A stretch of 64,000 bases of DNA from Dictyostelium discoideum (taxonomy: Eukaryota), in contig CM000151.3 of NCBI GenBank assembly GCA_000004695.1, positions 8,160,001 through 8,224,000 of the forward strand, in the 5' to 3' direction. Position 1 is the stretch's first letter. Every line of letters begins with the position of its first letter. The notes beneath the pieces were generated by a model. The model made no database searches and had not been told where the DNA came from. It saw only the letters and a list, made by a program, of their open reading frames with translations. Of the stretch, positions 53,601 to 64,000 are shown one piece after another. The position numbers and the translations under genes were made by a program.

Positions 53601-54398
53601 GAAGATTTAATGTCATTCCTATTAAACAATTATGATATTGATATTGATTTCCCATTATTTCAAGCAAGTACGGAATATTCACAATATTTAGAATGTAAAT
53701 TCATCTTTGAAAATCATTTTGAAAAAGTAAAGAATCTTTCAAATGTCAAACAAAAATGGATCGAAAGTCGTTATTCAGAAATTCCATCGGGTTTATTAGA
53801 TACTTTTTTTAAATACATTTGTCTTGAAAAGAATATCACAAGATATAATCAATTCATTCAAAATGATAATTTACAAATTAGAAAACAAGTAATTAAAGAA
53901 ACAATTGAAATACTAATTGGTCTACTCTTATCAGGTACAGATTACGATGATGAAGACCCTAGTCAGAATTTTTCATGTATATTAAGAAATCAAAAACATA
54001 AAGTTTCACTCATTCAATCAATTATTGAACAACCAGATACTCAATTATTCTTTAAATCAGCTTTAGATCAAGTTTTATTAAAATCAAAAGAAGACAGAAA
54101 AAATGATGAAATTAATAACCCATTCAATGAAAATCTTAAAAATCCATTCCTACTATCTTTTATTTTTGGTGATATTAAAACTTGTAATATCATTCTCAAA
54201 TATTATCCAAATCAATTTAAAATCACTAAAGATTCAATCACTGAAACATTAAAAATGGAAAAAATTAATATTATTAATAAAGTTGATAATTGTAAAAATT
54301 TAATTAATAATTTTAAAAACGATAATAATTTATTAAAACATTTAAAAAATCGATTATCAAATCATCCAATTTATAAATATCATTTAACTTGGTTATAA
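50628..54398 (+). pseudogene. Body of family copy F: multiple internal deletions, frameshifts and stops (broken into 4+ ORF fragments) but retaining ...HLTWL* at 54396-54398
   Basis: Homology resumes at TCAATGGATTGAATATGATAAACC. There is a deletion after ...NDL (50720s) and a 1-bp deletion giving ATCAAGAACTAG stop (about 51036). Further stops and frameshifts occur near 52070, 52160-52290 and 52697. Only the C-terminal about 400 codons remain as one ORF (53181..54398). Confidence 0.75.
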
Positions 54399-54541
54399 AA
54401 AATAATAGTAAAAACAAATTAAAACAAATAAAAAATTAAAAAAATAAAAAAACAAAATAAAAAATAATTTCGCAATAAAAAAAATAATAAAAATAATAAA
54501 AATAATTTCACCAATTTTTCACTGTTTTTACATTTTTTTTG

Positions 54542-54579
<38 letters not shown>

Positions 54580-54670
54580 GAAAAATCCATACATTTTTTT
54601 TTTTTTTCATTATATATTGTTCATATTTTCATTTATTATTATTTTCATTTTCATTATTATTTTTTTTACA

Positions 54671-58762
<4,092 letters not shown>

Positions 58763-59195
58763 ATAAAAAAATAAAAAAACAAATTAAAAAAATAAAAAAT
58801 AAAAAAAAATAAAAATAAAAAAAAAATAATAAAAACAAATAAAATAATTTAATTTTTTATTTTTTCCACTGTAAATTATTATTATTTTAAAACAAAATTG
58901 AAAATAAGACATATTGGTTGATAAAAAAAAAAAAAAAAAAAATATTGATGGGCAAAAAAAAAAAAAAAAATCTTATTTGACTTTTTCAAAAAAAAAACCT
59001 TTTTTTAATTCAAGCCAACAAAAAAAAATAAAAAAAAAATAAAAAAAATAAAAAAAAAATAAAAAAAATAAAAAAAATAAAAAAATAAAAATTCAAAAAA
59101 AACTATTTTTTATTTTTTCATTTTTTTTTTTTAATTCCAAAAAAAACCGTTTTTAGTTCATTTATATTTTCATTGTTATTATTATTTTTTTTAGA

Positions 59196-59996
59196 ATGAG
59201 TGATAGAACAGAAATATTATTTTGGAAAGTTTTTAAAAATCAATTTTTATTCAAAGAGATATTTAATCAAATTCACAACAATGAATGGATTGAATATGAT
59301 GAACCAAATAAATATAATGTTAACAATAGATGTAAATTTGGAGACACTCACTCTTTACTAATAATGATAAAAAATGATCAACTCCCATTAATTAAAGATA
59401 AAATCAAACATGGTGATTATGTACATTTTAATTATGATTCAATAAGATTTCTTTTCTTAAAATTATCAACAACAGAACACCTACCACCATCAATAAAAAA
59501 TAATAATAAAAATAAATATAAAGATGAAGATTATTTAGAAATTATTGAATTATTTATGAAACATAGAAGAGGTGAATTTGAAATTAATGATTTAATACAT
59601 ATAGCAGCTTCTATAAATTCCCCAGTTATCATTAGATTATTAGTTAATGAACCATATTCAGTTATAATTTATCCACAAACATTTGAATTTGCAATTAGAT
59701 TTTCAAATTTAGAAACAATCAAAGAACTAATAAATTTAGAATCACTTAATTTTAAAAACTATGGTATTAAATTAATCAGTGAAGAATTTAAAAGAAAATC
59801 ATTATCATTAGCAGCACATAGAAAAACTCTTAAAACTACAATCACTGAATACATTTTTAATAATCCATCATTATATTCAATACCACCACCATTATCATTA
59901 ATAAATAATCAAAAACAACAAGATCAACAACAAACACAATCAAAAAATAAAAGATTAAAAATATCTGAAACTTTACATTCAAATTTAAATAATAAA

Positions 59997-60045
<49 letters not shown>

Positions 60046-60046
60046 G

Positions 60047-60124
<78 letters not shown>

Positions 60125-61803
60125 CGATGATGGTGATGGTGATGATGATAGTGATAATTATACTGATAGTGATAATTATAATGATAATGAAAATGGAAAT
60201 GATAATTATAAAGAAAAAATAAGAAATGGATATATTGAATCTCATGAATTTATAGAATTAAAATCAACCAATTTATTAAAATCATTTATGGAATTAGATA
60301 TAGTAGTTTTAAGTAAAACTAAAACATATTTTAATCAATTCCTTAAAATGTATCATCCATATGAAAGATTACAAGTTGGTATTAAAATGATTCTAAAGTT
60401 TGATAATACAATTCCAGAAAAAAAAAGAGAAGAAATTTTAGAAGAAATCAATAAAATTGATAGAAATAATGAAAGAGGTTTTAATAAATTAAAAGAATTG
60501 AGAAAATTAGTGGTAATTGAATTCCCAAGGCAAATAAACTTTTGTTACTATTATTGGAAAGCTTATGGCGAGAATATTAACAAACCTGGTGAAGTTCCTA
60601 AAAAATTAGGTTCTCCAGATAGTAATATGGAAACTTTCGAAAACCTTCTTTTAGAAAATGACTTACATGTCAATAATGAAACCAATACTCAAGAAGGTGA
60701 TGAAAATATAGAACAAGTAGAATTATTATCAAATAGTTTATATTCAGATAGTGAAGATGAAAATGAAGTTGAATTTGAAAGATATGTTGGACAACATGAT
60801 CCTTTTTTAGAAGAGTATTTTAATTACTCAAATAGATTAAGAAAAGAACCATTTTTTGATATATCCAATAGATATCCAGATTTACTCAATTCATATTTAA
60901 AAGCAATTAAAGAATGTAATATTGAAAAATTAGAAGATATTGATACAAATAATCCAATGTTTAAATTGGATGTTTCAAAATTTCATTGTTTTCAATTACC
61001 AAATGAAAAAGAAGATATATTGAAAATTTGGGAATACTTTAATAAACACTCATTTAAACAAATGATACCAATTGATATTCTTATTGAATTCCTTTCAAGT
61101 GTAACAAATATTATTCCACCTTTTGAATTGAAAATTTCAAATCTTAAAGAGCCATTATTTAAAAAACTTGGAACATTTCTATTATGGCAATTGTTTAAAA
61201 AGAATTATAATATATTTGAATTATTATTAAATAGTTTTGATGATTTTAATTTTATATTTCAACCACAAGAACTATCAGCTATGATAGATCAAGAGAAAGT
61301 TTTATTTGATGGTGATGGTGAATTATTCCAAATTGATAAAGAGTTTGGTTTTCAAATAATCAGGATAATTAAATTGGTAATGGACAAGTTTAAAAAACTC
61401 AGTAAAGATCAAATCAATATTAAAAATATGTCAACAACATATCGTCTCATTATAAATCATTTATATGATCAATTACTTAGAGTTAAAGGTTTAACAATCG
61501 ATCAATTAGAATATGTTAAATCAATTATTCCTGAAAAATTATTTTTTAATTATTTTAAAGCCTATCGTATCTTTTTCTATCTCAATATCAGATCTCCAAA
61601 ATTAACAAAATACATAACCAAAAGACCTGGAGTTGCAAATTTTATTGAAAATTCAGAAGTAGAGGATTACTATAATACTATTGGACCAACTACAAATCTA
61701 ATTACTGGTGATGAAATTATTGGTTTTGATTTAAGAAAATATTTAAATCTTGATTTATTCACATATGATTATATATTAGGTAGAGAATTAAATCAATATA
61801 ATT

Positions 61804-61864
<61 letters not shown>

Positions 61865-63353
61865 TGGTAGTGGTAGTAGTAGTGGTAGTAGTAGTGATGG
61901 AAGCAAAAATAATAAAAAGTACATAACTCAATTCGATACAATATTAAGAGAATTAATTAAACAATTGTCATTCAATATTTGCACAAACCTTAGTAATAGA
62001 GATGAAATTGTTGGTGGTAAAGATTTCTTTAATCATTCATTAAATGAAGATTTAAAATATAGTTTAGATATTGGTAGAAAAGATTTATTTTGGGAATTAT
62101 TAGATTGGATTGAACAATATATGATTAAAAATGAAAATTTAATGAAGCATCAAGTTTATCAATTCAATTCACCATATGAATCATTATTACCAACTAGTAC
62201 AATATTTTCAAATGTAAAAATAATAAAAAAAGAGGTACCATCACCATCGTCAACAACAACAATTGAAAGCACTTTTTTAAAAATTGATAATTTTGAAAAA
62301 CCAATACCAAATGAACCATCGATTAAAGTTTATTGGAATTCAGATAAATTAATTGAACCATTCAAACCAATTTCAAAACTTATAAATTCATTTAAATATT
62401 CAGACGATGTCTTAAAATCAATTTGTAAAGTAATGAATGTAAATGAAATTCAAAGATTTATTCAATATAATTTCTTTGTATCATTTTTTCAAAATGAAAT
62501 TTATACATATTCATCATTAATCAATAGAGAAGATTTAATGTCATTCCTATTAAACAATTATGATATTGATATTGATTTTCCAAACAAAGGATATTCAAAA
62601 TATTTAGGACGTAAATTCATCTTTGAAAATCATTTTGAAAAAGTCAATATTTTAAAATTAGATTTCAATCAAAAATGGTACGAAAGTCGTTATTTACACT
62701 TCCCATCGGTTTTATTAAACTATTTTTCTGAATACATTTGTCTTCAAAATAATATCACAACATATAATCAATTCATTCAAAATGATAATTTACAAATTAG
62801 AAAACGAGTAATTAAAGAAACAATTGAAATATTAATTGATCAATTCTTATCAGGTACAGATAATAATTATGATGATAATGATGAAGATGAGTATGGTGAA
62901 GACACTAATCAGAATTTTGCATCTATAATAAAAAATCAAAATCATAAAGTTTTACTCATTCAATCAATTATTGAACAATCAGATACTCAATTATACTTTA
63001 AATCAGCTTTAGATCAAGTTTTATTAAAATCAAAAGAAGATAGAAAAAATGATGAAATTAATGATCCATTCATTGAAAATCTTAAAAATCCATTCTTAGA
63101 ATCTTTTATAAATGGTGATATTAAAACTTGTAATCTCATTCTTGAATACTATCCAAATCAATTTAAAATGACTAAAGATTCAATCACTAAAACCTTAAAA
63201 ATGCAAAATATTCATATTATTAAATATTATTATAAAGTTGATAATTGTAAAAATTTAATTAATAATTTTAAAAATGATAATAATTTATTAAAACATTTAA
63301 AAAATGAATTACCAAAACATCCAATTTATAAATATCATTTAACTTGGTTATAA
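59196..63353 (+). CDS. Family copy H, 1385 aa, intronless
   Basis: Starts MSDRTEILFWKVFKNQFLFKEIF and ends ...HLTWL*. Poly-Asn (59995-60045) is followed by a (GAT)n poly-Asp tract of about 33 codons (60047-60150), with a poly-Ser tract at 61804-61895. Confidence 0.8.
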
Positions 63354-63687
63354 AACAAAATAAAAAAAATAAATAAATAAAAACACAGATTAAAAATATC
63401 TGTGTTTTATTTTTTTTTTTATTTAATTTTTTGTGAATTTTAAAACCAAACAATTAAAATTTTATTTTTCAAAATTAAATAAAACATATTAATAAAAACA
63501 ATATATATATATATATTAAATAAGATAATTAAATTTTTTAGAAATAAAATTGGCAATAAATTTCTAATTATATATTTTTTAATTCCAAATTATTTTTTCA
63601 ATCTGGTAGTAACAAATAATTATTTTTTTTTTTTTTGAAAAAAATAAAAGAATGCCAATATTTTTTAATAAAAAGTAATTGGTGTGG

Positions 63688-63735
<48 letters not shown>

Positions 63736-63808
63736 AAGTTCAAAACACACATATTTTCATTTTTTTTTATTTTTCATTTACGTTTTTATTATTTTTTTTC
63801 CAAGTTAG

Positions 63809-63996
63809 ACGAAAACCGCCAAACGAGCCGAATGATTCTCATATTTTTATCGAGTAAAATTAATAGATAGAAAGTATGTTACTATTGATAAAAGTTGTTA
63901 AATGACATTTTCTACCCATTTCAAATGAATTATATGTTTTCCACTAAGTTATAAGAAAACCGCCAAACGAGCAAAATGATTCTCACACATTTTTAT
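63809..63996. repeat. Two about 42-bp direct repeats (GAAAACCGCCAAACGAGC[CG/AA]AATGATTCTCA[TA/CACA]TTTTTAT) 147 bp apart at the window edge
   Basis: Copies lie at 63809-63850 and 63954-63996. They are GC-containing and unlike surrounding DNA, possibly the edge of a repetitive element extending beyond the window. Confidence 0.5.
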
Positions 63997-64000
63997 GAAG

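Overview
This window looks like AT-rich nuclear DNA from a dictyostelid social amoeba (Dictyostelium discoideum-like). Intergenic DNA is >85% A+T, and coding regions carry AAT/CAA (poly-Asn/Gln) and AGT (poly-Ser) microsatellites. Introns are short (about 90-330 bp), AT-rich and of GTAAGT/GTATGT...AG type. It is eukaryotic, so there are no operons or CRISPR arrays. The first 26 kb is ordinary gene space. It holds a partial 3' end of a TM-protein gene, a 3-exon ELO-family fatty-acid elongase, an intronless Cys/His-rich plus poly-N protein, a TMEM234-like small membrane protein and a Sel1-repeat protein. It also holds a 3-exon RBR (RING-IBR-RING) E3 ligase with a C-terminal TM anchor, two tandem paralogous GATA zinc-finger transcription-factor genes with an 18-residue finger loop, and a 2-exon protein with three coactosin-type ADF-H domains. 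The remaining about 37 kb (26.9-63.4 kb) is the striking part. It is a tandem array of eight paralogous genes for large (about 1300-1400 aa) proteins that I cannot assign to a known domain family. The first copy is divergent and inverted, head-to-head with the second across a bidirectional promoter. The other seven copies are direct repeats with a roughly 5.2 kb period. Two copies are pseudogenes. One is 5'-truncated next to a GC-rich foreign island. The other is split by a 2.2 kb insertion bounded by roughly 400-600 bp terminal inverted repeats, plus further frameshifts. The intact copies share a conserved N-terminal motif (EILFWKVFKNQYLFNEIF, reminiscent of the F-box-like N-terminal motif common in Dictyostelium families). 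Their internal low-complexity tracts (poly-Ser, poly-Asn, poly-Asp, (Asn-Asp)n) differ greatly in length between copies. All coordinates, exon junctions and annotations below come from reading the sequence and ORF track by eye; no searches were run.
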